Of a DNA stretch of 64,000 nucleotides, positions 1-11,900 are shown one piece after another. A model generated the notes under the pieces. The model was not told the DNA's origin and made no database searches. It worked only from the letters and a program-made list of their open reading frames with translations. Source of the DNA: Antechinus flavipes (Eukaryota). The stretch's first letter is position 1. Each line of letters begins with the position of its first letter. Location of the stretch: positions 223,758,001 through 223,822,000 of the forward strand of contig NC_067402.1 of the NCBI RefSeq assembly GCF_016432865.1, in the 5' to 3' direction. The position numbers were made by a program, and so were the translations under genes.

Positions 1-720
1 AAAACCTTGTGTTCCAATTTTTTTTTCTCCTTCCTTTCCCTCAAATCCTCCCATAGACAGCAATTAATCCAATATATGTTAATCATGTGCAATTCTTCTA
101 TATATATTTCCACAATTATCACGCTGCACAAGAAAAATCAGATCAAAAAGGAAAAAAATGAGAAAAAAGCATTCAAACAACAAAAAGAGTGAAAATACTA
201 TGTTGTAATTCATACTCAGTCCCTATAGTCCTCTCTCTGAGTACAGATGGCTCTCTCCATCACAAGACCATTGGAACTGGCCTGAATCACCTCACTGTTG
301 AAATGAGCCATGTCCATCAGAATTTATCATTAATATTGCTGTTGCTATATACAATATTCTGGTTCTACTCACTTCACTTAACATTAGTTCATGTAAGTCT
401 TTCTAGGACTCTCTGAAATCATCCTGCTGATCCTTTCTTATAAAAAAAAAAATAATTCAGCACTTATTCAGCCATTCCCCAACTGATGGGCATCTACTCA
501 GTTTCCAATTCCTTGCCACTACAAAAAGAGCTGCCACAAACATTTTTGCACTTTAGGTCCCCTTTCTTCCTTTAAGATTTCTTTGGGGTATAAGCCCAGT
601 AGAAACACTGCTGGGTCAAAAGGTATGCACAATTTGATAGCCCTTTGGGCATAGTTTCATATTACTCTCCAGGATGGTTGGATCAGTTCACAATTCCATC
701 AGCCATGTATTAATGTGGGG
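1..720 (-). mobile_element. LINE-1 3' fragment (ORF2 end plus 3' UTR), marsupial type
   Basis: Reverse complement of 520-550 reads GTGCAAAAATGTTTGTGGCAGCTCTTTTTGTAGTGG, typical of the L1 ORF2 end; the 3' UTR part resembles copies at 8640-8990, 30830-31150 and 39410-39790. Confidence 0.8.
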
Positions 721-2849
721 ACTATAATTGTAACAATGGTACTCACTCTAGAATCTGAGATCCAATCTATGAAGTGCTACAAATGTATAGACAGAATTTA
801 TACAGTATATACAATATAATTGTGGAAGGGATCTATATGAACTGTTGCTGAGTGAAGAAAGCAAGACCAATATAAACAACACACCCAAAAATTAACAGCA
901 ATGTACATGGAGAAACAACCACAAAAAAAAAAAAAATCAAAAGTGAATGTTGCAATCTTATGAAGAACAAAAGAAGACATATGAGAAGACAGGTCTACCC
1001 TTTGGGTAGACACCTCTATTCTTTGAGGAAGTGGAAACTCCACAAGTGTTGTAACTTGCACATATTTTCAGGCTTTTAAAAATGTATTAATCAGTTATAT
1101 TGAAATGTTTTCCTCTTCTTTTCTTTTTTGTTGTCTTAAAATTTTTTTTTTTTTTTGGATATTTTGATTGGCTCTTTGGGAACGGGACAGAAAGGAACAC
1201 TGGGGAAAATTATAGTGATGTTAAAAAAAGACATCAATAAAAGTTTATTTTTTAAATGAATATTTAAAAAGACAGCTCAAGTACCATCTGCTGCATGGAG
1301 TGTTTCCTGATCCTTGCAACTACTAGTGCTCTTCCTCTCAAAAAACCTTTAATCACTGTTTTATATATTTATATTGGTTAACTTTATATATATGCTGTAT
1401 ATGTATTTTATATTTACTTGTTGTTAGAAGGTTTTCAGTAGGGATTCTTCATTCTTGGGACTTGGACCTCCAACACTTAGCACAGTGCCTGGCACTAAGG
1501 ATTAAAAAATGCTTGTTTATTGATTGACTGATGGAGGTGTTCACTCCAGGAGTGGAGCTGGGATTCCTGATATCTTTTCCTTGTGTCTCAGAATCCTTCC
1601 TCACCTAAGTAAGAAAGTGTCAGGATCGGGGATGAAACTTGTTCACAAGATCAGCTCTGACATGGCTGGTAAAAGTGTGTGTCTAGATAGTATCTGTGAC
1701 TATATTTATGCACACGTGGGATTCTGGGGTTTGTATGCTTTTTTGTGCTTCTGTGCATGTCACTGTGGGTGTCCCTATGTGTGTGACCATAGGGCGAAGT
1801 GTTCGTTTGTATGCATGTGTCAGGACAGGGTCTCCCTGTGGTGTGTGTGTGGGGGGGTGGAGGGGGTGGAAGGGTGGTAAGCAACCGCCTCCCTCCCCTC
1901 TCTTCCCTTCCCCTCCCCCAATTCCTGCTCCCATCTGGCCTTGATCAGCCAGTCCTTTGGGAGGGAGCCGCGGTTTCGGATACAGGAAAATGTTCCAGGA
2001 AGCGGCCACTGTGCTAGGCCTGGCTCTGGCTCCCTCAGCGGAAACTGTTCCATAAAGGGGGTTGGGGGGGGGGATGTAAGAGGGGAACTAAGATAGGATT
2101 GAGGGGGGAAAGAGTGGTTCCCAGTTACCCCTCCCCAGAAATAAAGCAGGGGAATCCCATGGGCTTCGCAATCCAGCTTGGTACTATAATACCTGGGACC
2201 AGTTCACCCACTGCAAGAAACCCAATGTATAATGTCTCTTCCTATCTAGTTTTAGGGACGGGGATCTGGGGACCCTGAGATCCAGCCCTTGGTACTGGCT
2301 TGTGCCTCTAAACCGTAATCCGGGGACACCTGGATCGTGCCTAGCTGGTGGTTTGGCGGTATGGGGTGGAGAGACTACAGGGTCCCTTTCCTTGAGTTCC
2401 CTCCTTAGCCCAGGCTAAGCCCCCCCTTCCACCTCCCGCTCCCACCCCTCCCCGCAACTAACTGAGGGGGCTTTGAAGCCGGCATCCAGGCCTGGGAGGG
2501 CTGCCTAATTGGGATAATGGAGGTTAATAGGGCGCCTGGGGGGAGTGGCCACGCTCCTAGATCAAAGGGGCCAGCCTCTTCCCAACCACCGCAGCTGGAG
2601 GTCACTGCTGGGGGGAGGGGAGGAAGGAGCGGCTACTGGACAGCCAGCAGGGGATACTCTCTACTTCAGGGCTACATGTACCCTGAAATCTCTGACATAC
2701 CCCATTCAGCCCATGTGCTACCTTTTCCAGCTTAGAAGGGACTGGGGGAGGGGAGAAAGTGGGGGCTTTTAGGGGGTAATTCCAAAACACCTCATCATCT
2801 ACCCCTGGTTGCTTAGATTGAGGATGGGGGTGGGGAGTGGAGAAAAGGA

Positions 2850-3400
2850 AGCAGAGTCTGACTGGTTAGGAAGACAGGACTCCGGGCTTGGAAACCTGAA
2901 AAATGTCAAGACAGATGAACAGCGGGGTTTCAAGGACATTGGGGTCCGGAGGTTTTTTGGGGGGGCAGTTTATGCATCTAGGTCCAAAAGGTCTTCGGTT
3001 CAAACAGGAGGTAGCTAGGGCTCCTGGGCATTGCAAAACAGGGTGGGTCGGGGGGCTAGTAGGAGAAGGAGGACATGCGGAGCATCCCCACCCCCTCCAG
3101 GCTGGCGCTCTCTCTCGGGCTCTAATCGGCGCGGCCGCAGCGGGCAGAGTCAGCGCCGCCAGTCTCCGGGACGCGACTCCCAGCAATTGTGGTCGGGACC
3201 GCAGAAATGCAGCCGCCTCCTTCCCGGGCGCCCGGCCCAGCCGAGCTCCGCCCCCTGGCCGGCCCCTCGCCCCGCCCCCGCCAGCCTGGCACCGCCTCAC
3301 CCGTCCCCTCTGGTCCAAGGTGGTCTCCACCCGAGTCGACTAGCGCAGGACAGGCGCGAGCATAACCAGATAGGGGACCGGGTGTCCCCAGCGAGAGAAA
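2850..3400. promoter_or_regulatory. CpG-rich island about 16 kb upstream of the SP7 ATG; putative distal promoter or enhancer
   Basis: Dense CpG, GC boxes (CCCCGCCCC) and a paired RUNX-type site at 3188-3203 in otherwise CpG-depleted DNA. Confidence 0.55.
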
Positions 3401-3935
3401 GCCCAATAAAGCATCCATTAATAACTCCTATTTATGTGACCCATAGACAAGTAATTCATTAACCTCTCAATGGCCCCAGGCAGCTAAGATTCTAAATTAA
3501 ATTTAAATGTATTGGTAGAGAGAGTTTCCATACTAGAGATTCACTTTTTTTGTTGTTGTCAGATTTTGTCCGATTTTTCTTGAGTTTGTTTGGGGTTTTC
3601 TTGACAAAAATACTTGGGTGGTTTTGCCATTTCCTTCTCCAGCTCATTTTACAGATGAGGAAACTGAGGCAACAGAAGGAAGTGACTTGCCCAGAATCAC
3701 AGGTAGGTAAGGTCTCTGAAGCCGCATTTGAACTCAGCGAGATGAGTCTTCCTTGAGGTTCGAAATGTAGTAAAAATCATAGTGGTCTAGACAGGATTTG
3801 TGTGTATGACTTTCAGGTTTAAAGAGACAATTTCTCTCCCCATACTCTGTGATGCAAGTACTATAAACAAGCCCCATAACAGCCCAGGTAAGGGAAATTC
3901 CTAATCATATACCCTACTAGACTCCCAGTCTTGAG

Positions 3936-4133
3936 CAGAGTCTTCAAGACTGGGATTCTTTTGTGTCCCTTGGCAGTCTGCTGAAGACCATGGGCCCCCT
4001 TGTCAGAATGATGTTTTTAAATGCATAAAATAAAGCAGCTAGAATTACAAAAGAAACTAATTATATTGAAATAGTTATCAAAATATTTTTTAAAAAATAA
4101 GTTTATAGACTTGTTTTAAGTTGAGAACCCTTG
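3936..4133. mobile_element. hAT-like non-autonomous DNA transposon (MER-type MITE)
   Basis: Ends resemble CAGGGGTTCTYAAC...GTTGAGAACCCTTG; same family as 13305-13481 in the opposite orientation. Confidence 0.55.
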
Positions 4134-4889
4134 TTTTAAGGATTAACCACTTCTATCCTCATATGGGAAAGAGGGAAATAAATAACCTATTATGTGTTAA
4201 GTGTTTTATAATCCATCCCTATGATGATCCTCAGAGATAAGTGCTATCCCCATTTTTCAGTTGAAAAAACTGAGGATAAATGCCTTATTCAGTTTCACTA
4301 TAGCTAATAAATGTCTAAAGGTCAGAATTCAACTCAGGCCTCCATGCTACCTTAATGTCTCTTTAAACTACTAAAGTTTAAAACTTTACTAAGACTTTTG
4401 GGACATGCTATATAGACTCACATCCCTGGGGCAGCTGAGTTTAAGGGATGGAAGTCTAAAATGGAATTCTTTCCCTAGTTAGCCTATACCTAGCCATCTC
4501 TATATCTAATTCCCCATGCCAAGAAGGCTGTTTAACATTTTGCTTTAGAATAGGCCTTGCCCGATCATCCACACAAGAAAAACAGCAACAAAAAAGCTAG
4601 TGGACAAAACATGACTCTTGCCTAGATTATGCCATGAAGTTGAATGGGCATCCCATTGAGTAAGTCTATGAGTGCACATATTTTAGAAGGCACTGCAGAT
4701 GGATAATTTTGATCTGGGCCCAGAACTGAATAAGAGAAGACCTGGCAGAATTGCATTTGGGAAATAACATCATGCTTTAAGGGATCCCAAACTATTCCCT
4801 GCGGAAAAACCCATTAAAAAAATTACACCAATGCTCTGTGAGTAATGCCATTTGGGTATGAAAGAGGAAAGGAAGAGGAAGGAAAGAGG

Positions 4890-5132
4890 CATTTATAGAT
4901 CACCTACTGCGTGCCAGGCACTGTATTAAGTGCTTTACAAATATTTCATTTGATCTTTACAACAATTCTTCAGGGTAGGTACTATTATTATTCCTATATT
5001 ACAGATGAAAAAAAAATTTAGGTTAAGTGACTTGCCCATAGTCACACAGCTAATAAATGTGGGAAGCAAGATTATGAAATCTGATCTTCCTGGCTCCAAT
5101 CCCAGTTTTCTATCCACTGAGCCACCTATTGC
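4890..5132 (-). mobile_element. CORE-SINE (MIR/Mar1-like), near full length
   Basis: TTACAGATG...GTTAAGTGACTTGCCCATAGTCACACAGCTA core and CTATCCACTGAGCCACC head, all in reverse orientation. Confidence 0.8.
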
Positions 5133-5699
5133 TTATGAATTGTAGACAAAGATGATCCCCCAAAAGTCAAAATTTCAAGTGACCTAAAGACCAATGGAGA
5201 GACCCATGGTGGGTGAGAGTCGGCCTTGATACATTACCAGTGATAACTTGTATGTGAAAAGTAGTGTAAAAAAAATTGTGGAAGACTGGGAAAGCTTATG
5301 TAGCTGGAGTGAGAGATCACAAATAGGTAGTTCTTAAAAATGTTAAATGACAAAAGAACTCAAATCCATTGGTAAGATCAGTTTTGGGGAAATATAAACA
5401 AGCAGCACACAGGATAAGAAGGTCTGGTGATTGACACCTGTGGAGAAAATACCCAGATCCAAGGAATTTATACATTCATCAGAGTATGTGCCAGGCACTT
5501 AATTAGGTCCTGTTACTCATCCCTTCCTCCTATCCACCATTTCTTCCTCTTCCTTAATTCTGAATTCTCTGAGATGAAGAGCTGAGGGGCTTCTGAGTAG
5601 TGAACATTTCACAACTGGTATTAACTAAGGTGGAGAAAAGAACTACAGAACCCCTACCTCCCAGTCCTGATTCTAGATAAAGATAGGGCATGAAATCAG

Positions 5700-5925
5700 G
5701 AAGAAAGAAAAAGGAAAAAAGGAGGTAAGGAAGGAGGGTGGGAGAAAAGGAGGAAAAGAAGGAAGAAAGAAGGAAGGAGGGGAGTAGGAAAGGAAGGAAA
5801 AGAGGGAGGAAAGGAAAGAGAAGAGGGAGGGAGGAAAGAAAGAAGGAAGGAATGAAGGGAAAAAAGAGAGGAAAGGAAGAAAAGAAGAAAAGAGGGAAAT
5901 TGAGGATGGGAAGAGTGAGAGAGAA
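5700..5925. repeat. GA-rich polypurine low-complexity tract
   Basis: Almost exclusively A and G over about 220 bp. Confidence 0.9.
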
Positions 5926-5968
5926 AATATCGTCCTAATAAAGGTTTCTTATAATGCTATCTGGGCCC

Positions 5969-6443
5969 AACTGGTGAGACTTACATGAACTGATGCTAAG
6001 TGAAATGAGCAGAACCAGGAGATCATTATACACTTCGACAACGATATTGTATGAGGACATATTTTGATGGAAGTGGATTTCTTTGATAAAGAGACCTAAC
6101 TAAGTTTCAATTGATAAATGACGGACATAAGCAGCTACACCCAAAGAACGAACACTGGGAAACAAATGTGAACTATCTGCATTTTAGTTTTTCTTCCCGG
6201 GTTATTTATACCTTCTGAATCCAATTCTCCCTATGCAACAAGAGAACTGTTCGGTTCTGCAAACATATATTGTATCTAGGATATACTGCAACATATCCAA
6301 CATATAAAGGACTGCTTGCCATCTAGGGGAGGGGGTGAAGAGAGGGAGGGGGAAAAAATCGGAAAAGAAACGAGTGCAAGGAATAATGTTGTCATTATAA
6401 AGTAATCATTAAATAAAAAAAAATAATAAAAAGACAAAAAAAA
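5969..6443 (+). mobile_element. 5'-truncated young L1 with 16-bp target-site duplication
   Basis: TSD AATGCTATCTGGGCCC at 5953-5968 and 6444-6459; A-rich tail; matches the reverse complement of 39830-40148. Confidence 0.9.
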
Positions 6444-6971
6444 AATGCTATCTGGGCCCAAGATAACTTTCTCTCTTCTCCAACTGTGTCCTTAGCCTCA
6501 CCTAACTAGTTCATATCCTCATCACCTCTCACATGCCTCAAATTTCTTTCCCATTTCATCCATCCTTCCTAAAGTTGACAATGTGATATTTCTCAAGCAC
6601 AGAGCTCTCCATGTCACTCTCTTACTCAAAAAACATCAGTTTTCCTAACATTCAAGGATCAAATAGAAAAATTCTCTGTTTGGCATTTAAAGCGTTTCAC
6701 AACCTAGCTTCAACTTACCTTTCCAGCCTTACTAAACATTGCCCTTCTTCATATCCTCATGGATGCCCTTCTAACTATTCCTCATTCCCTCCACCCTACT
6801 CCACCTCATAGAATCTCTAGTTTCCTTTCAGATTTGGCTCAAGCTTGGGTTTTCCCTTACTTTGTTATTCTTATAAGGGATAGCCCTTAGAGGGGAGGAG
6901 AAGTTGGGGGGGGATATATTGGGAAATGTAGGTGGTGGAAAAATAAAAGATTAATAAATGACAATATTTTT

Positions 6972-7014
6972 TTTTATTTAATAATAACTTTGTATTGACA
7001 GAATCCATGCCAGG
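6972..7014 (-). mobile_element. 43-bp L1 3'-terminal micro-insertion with 18-bp TSD
   Basis: TSD ATAAATGACAATATTTTT at 6954-6971 and 7015-7032; insert matches the L1 terminus at about 39827-39864. Confidence 0.85.
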
Positions 7015-7129
7015 ATAAATGACAATATTTTTAAAAGACCCTTCAAGTACCACTTTCTACATAGTCTTTCCTAATGCCTTCACATTTTAGTCCTTCCTTG
7101 ATTACCTTTCATCTAGTTTGTAATGTATT

Positions 7130-7485
7130 TAACATATATATATACATACTATATACATATTACATTGTATATATGAGTGTATATACACATATATACAGAA
7201 ACATGAGAGAGGAGACAGAGAAAGAAAGAAATAAAGACAAAGAGAAAAAGAGAGAGAGGGAGGGAGAGAAAGAGAAACAGAGAGAGAGAAAGGGAGTGAG
7301 AGAGAGAGACAGAAAGACAGAGACAGAAGCAGAGGGAGAAGGAGGAAGGTTGTCTTTTATCTCACCTAAAAGAATAGAAGCTCCTCGAGGGCAGGAACTG
7401 ATTTAAAATTTGTGTTTGTATATCTAGAACCTAGTTCAGTGCCCAATATATTGTAGTCACTTATTAAATACTTTCTAATTCATTG

Positions 7486-7517
<32 letters not shown>

Positions 7518-7560
7518 GTCTTGTCTGTTTTTGTCTCTCTCCTCTTTATTTGTCTATTTG

Positions 7561-7606
<46 letters not shown>

Positions 7607-7610
7607 ATAA
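7130..7610. repeat. Compound microsatellite region: (TA/CA)n, (GA)n, (CT)n, (TA)n
   Basis: Visible dinucleotide runs at about 7130-7200, 7200-7340 and 7484-7607. Confidence 0.85.
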
Positions 7611-8639
7611 ATTTTCATTTTTCTTCAAAACTGTCCCCTCTGCTCTAATTTCTAGAATTCTTTTCTCCTCCACTCCATCCCTTTTGATAGCATTGTAATC
7701 CTCTCTGTCACCTATGCTCAAAACCTTAATCATCCTTAGCCTTTCTCCTCCTTGACCCATATTCAATCAGTTGCCAGATCTTGTCACCTTAGTATCTTTC
7801 TCATCTACTCCTTCTTTTTGCTCTCCCCCATAACTGCCCACATTCAGGTCCTCATGACCTTTTACTCAAGCTTTCATAAGAACCAGAGAGCTGGTCTCAG
7901 GCAGCCAAACGATACAGTGGGTGGAGGGCTGGCTTGAGTTCAAATTTGACCTCAGATACTAGCAATGTGACCTAACTTCTGTCTGCCCCAGTTTCCTCAA
8001 TTGTAAAAATGGATATAATAATAACATACCATCCAGAGTTGTTTTGGTTATCAAATGAGATAATATTTGTAAAGTGCACATTGTTGTTATTTTTTCTAAT
8101 TATGTGCAACTCTTTATGACCCTATTTGAGGTTTTTTGTTTTTTTGTTTTTTGAAAGAAATACTCGAGTGATTTGCCATTTCCTCCAGTTCATTTTACAG
8201 ATGAGGAAACTGAGGCAAATAAAGTGAAATCATACAGTTATTAAGTGCTGAGGCAGATTTGAACGCAGAAAAAAGAGTCTTCCTGACTCCAGACATGGAA
8301 TCTCTACTATCCACTTCACCACCTGGCTACTCAAAGTGCACACAGTAGATGCTTAATAAAACCTACTTTCCTTCCTTTTATTCACTGACTTCTCCAGTTA
8401 ATCTTGCCCTTGACTCATTCCTTTCATCTTCCACAAAAATCATCCCCTCTCTCTCCCTCACTTTCAATCTCCTGACTCCCTGATGACCTACAAACATACC
8501 CTTAGTTTACTTTGTCTTTAACAGCCCCTAGCATGAGCCTGCAATCTTCTCAAGCTATCAACTACTGCAGCTCAAATCCTCTGTACTTTCAAACTTCATG
8601 AAAAGAAATGGAAATACAGACACTTGTGGCTTCTACTTT

Positions 8640-8990
8640 TAAAAAAATAGCTTTTAATTTTTCAAAATACATGCAGAGATAGTTTTCAACAATCACTCTT
8701 GCAAAACCTTATGTTTCAAATTTTTCTCTCTCCCTCATCCTTCCTCCCTCCCCCAAACAGCAAATAATCCAATATAGGTTAAAAATGTGCAATTCTTCTA
8801 AACATATTTCCACAATTTATCATGTTGCCCAAGAAAAATCAAGTCAAAAGGAGAAAAAATGAGAAAGAATAAAACAAGCAAGCAAACAACAACAACAAAA
8901 AGGTGAAAATACTATGTTGTAGTCCACATTCACTCCCCATGGTCCTCTCTCTAGATGTGGATGGCTCTCTCCATCACAAGACTATTAGAA
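8640..8990 (-). mobile_element. L1 3' UTR fragment with 16-bp TSD
   Basis: TSD TTGTGGCTTCTACTTT at 8624-8639 and 8991-9006; similar to 1-300. Confidence 0.85.
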
Positions 8991-11900
8991 TTGTGGCTTC
9001 TACTTTCTCACTACCCACTCTCATCTCAACCCTTCAAAATCTAGCTCCTAGCCCCAAGATCCTGATGCAACTGTCCTCCAAGATATCCAGTGATCCCCCC
9101 TTCTCAACAATGTGTACTATTGTCTTTTGCATTTCCATCACCTCCATTTCCATGTATGTTCCTTCATCTACTCCTCTCCTATCCAGAAAGTATTCCCAGA
9201 GCAGACTCAGAAAGAGGAAGTGGGAGAGAAGCAATACAGCAAAATAAGCCAGCATATCCATTAGATGCAGACTTCCATAAGCATGGTCTTCCACTTTATT
9301 TATTTTATTTATTTGGTCCCATACTTTAGCAAAGACTTGCCTTACCTTAGCTCTCATAATTTATACAACATTCAGTTTTGTTTTATATTTCTTTCCATTT
9401 ACACTGCTATAGTTATTATGTATATTGTTTTTCTGGTTCTGAATTGTTACTTTGTATCAGTACGAATTATATCTTCTGTCTTCTTCTTATTTGTTGTTTC
9501 TTTGAAGAAGTGATATTCCATTGCCTTTTTGTATCACAATTTGCTTAGCAATCCTTCAATCAAAGGGTATGGACTTTGTTTTAGTTTTCTTTGCTATTAA
9601 ATAATGTACTGATATAAATATTTTGGGACTGGGATACATGAGGCTTCAGTCTCCTTGGTGAATAATGGAATCTCTGTGGCAAAGTAATATAGATGTTTTA
9701 GTCACTTTCTTTGCATAATTCTAAGTTGATTTTCAAAAAGGTTAGACCAATTTATAATTCCATCAACAATATATGTGTTGGACTTTCCATTATTTCATCA
9801 ATATCTTCTGTCATCTTTCCCTACTTTGGGGGTATGAGGTGGGATTCAGAGTTGTTATAACTTGCATTCCTATTGTTATTAGTGATTTGAAATCTTCTTC
9901 ATGTGAATTCTAATAATTTGATTATTATAAATAATGATATATGACTAGAACCTTCTGCCTCTTTGTCTCTGGCAGTTAGATATCACAATAAACAATGCTA
10001 AACCAAAAGTTTAGGAGGTCCAAGTTCAAATTTTACCCCAGATACTAGTTGTGTGTCCTGATCGCTCTCTCTGTCCACCTTAGTCTTCTGAACTATAAAA
10101 TAAGGATAATAATAGACCTACCTCGGAGGATTGTGATAAGAATCAGATGAGATAATTCCCTCCACTCCCCCATTCTTTTTGTGGATTGTCTTCCCCCATT
10201 AGATTATAAACTCCTTGAAGACAGGTGCTATAATTCTTTTTTTTTTTTTTTTATTAATTTGTATTCCCTTAGTGCTTAGCACAGTGCTTGGAGCATAGTA
10301 GGCATTATAGAAATCCTAGCTATTATAATTTTGGTGATTTTTCTTCTCAGACATTGTCTTTTGGTTTGGATAAGGCTGTCTCCTGGTTCTCATTCTCTCT
10401 ACATGACTGATCTTTGCTCTTTGCTGATCAATCTGTCTCCCAATCTCTTAGTTCAAGCATCTCCTAGAGCTCTATGCTGGGCCCATTTTCTCTCCTATAT
10501 ACCTACTCATTTAGAGATTTCTTCAGATCCCCTTTGAGTTTATCACTGCTATTCAGGTGGCTTCCAAATCCCTATTTTTGGCTCTGATCAATCACATGAA
10601 TTTCATTCATGTATCACCAACTATCTATTGGATATTTGCAATTGTATATATGTCCATAAAAGCATCTTCCCTTCCCTGCATCCAAAACAAAACCCACTGG
10701 CTTTTGCCCCCAATCCTTTCTTCCTTTGAAGAGTGTCTCTGTGTCTATGGACCATTTTGATTCCACCCAGACAAGTTTGCAACATCATAATCGTCCTTCA
10801 CTCTTTCCTCTCTCTCTTTCACTGCCCCCTTAATCACTATATAATGTTAGCTATAATAATAATACTAATTATTGTCATTATTAAATTTGACCAGAGATCA
10901 GCCTTTGTTAATTCTACCACCAATCAGTTCTATTTTCTTTCTTCTACCCCAGTTTATAGGGAGGAACTATTGTAATAAATTCTTAATTGGCCTCTTTGCC
11001 TCCATTTTCTCCAAATTAATCTGGAGCTGATAAATTAAGATTCCTAAAGCACAAATCTAATGGTGGCACTCCCCTACTCAAGAACCTTCAGTGATACCCT
11101 ATTGCCTTTCATATGAAATAAAAGCTATTGTTTGGCACTTTAAGAACATCTGACTTTATCCTGTATTTCTAGATTTATTGCCCATTGCTTTCATTCACAC
11201 AATCTACATTTCAGCCAAATTGGTCATCTTGCTGTTGCCTATCCAACATTCAACCTTCCATCTCTGTCCCTTTGTACTAACTATCCCTCAGCTCTGGAAT
11301 ATAATCCCTATTTATCTCCTTCCCTCCACCCCCCCAAACTCTATAAGTCTCAGTTCCCTCTACCTCCAACCCATCTGAAAGTCTTGTCATCCTCATTACT
11401 TTTCTCACAAGCAGCTGATGACATAGTAGGGATAGCTCTGGGCTTGGAGTCAGGAAGCCATTAGTTTGAAAAATATTTGCAAGAATGCTTAGGATAGTGC
11501 CTGGCACAAAGCAGGTATTTAATAAATGCTTATTTCCTTTCTTCAGAGTACTTTGTTTGGTCCTCTCCTATTCATAGAGGATTCTAAGGTAATGTAAGAA
11601 TCTAATGTCTCATCCCCCCTAATAGATGGTATTTAACTTTTAATTTTTGAAAAAAAAAAGTGTGTCTCTGTGTGTTTGTGTATGTGTGTAAAATAAGCAG
11701 CCTGAATAATCTATAGAGAGCTGGACTTGGAATCACATTTTAATCTTGCCTCAGACACTCATCAGCTCTGGGCCAATCAGTTATTCTCTCAGACTTTACT
11801 TTCCCCATTCATGAAATAAGGGGAAGAGGGTTGGATTCTAAAACCAGTAGGGTCTCACCTAGCTCTAATTCCATGATCCTAGGATTTCACTTGACTTTTG

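Noticed and set aside
7-416. Short ORFs resembling each other at 7-416, 8903-9247, 30966-31148 and 17455-17951
   Set aside because: All lie in L1 3' UTR copies; the similarity reflects the repeat, not a gene family
1-3500. Possible SP1 first exon expected from human synteny
   Set aside because: No MSDQDHS-coding sequence or recognisable SP1 exon found on the minus strand; SP1 probably lies outside the window
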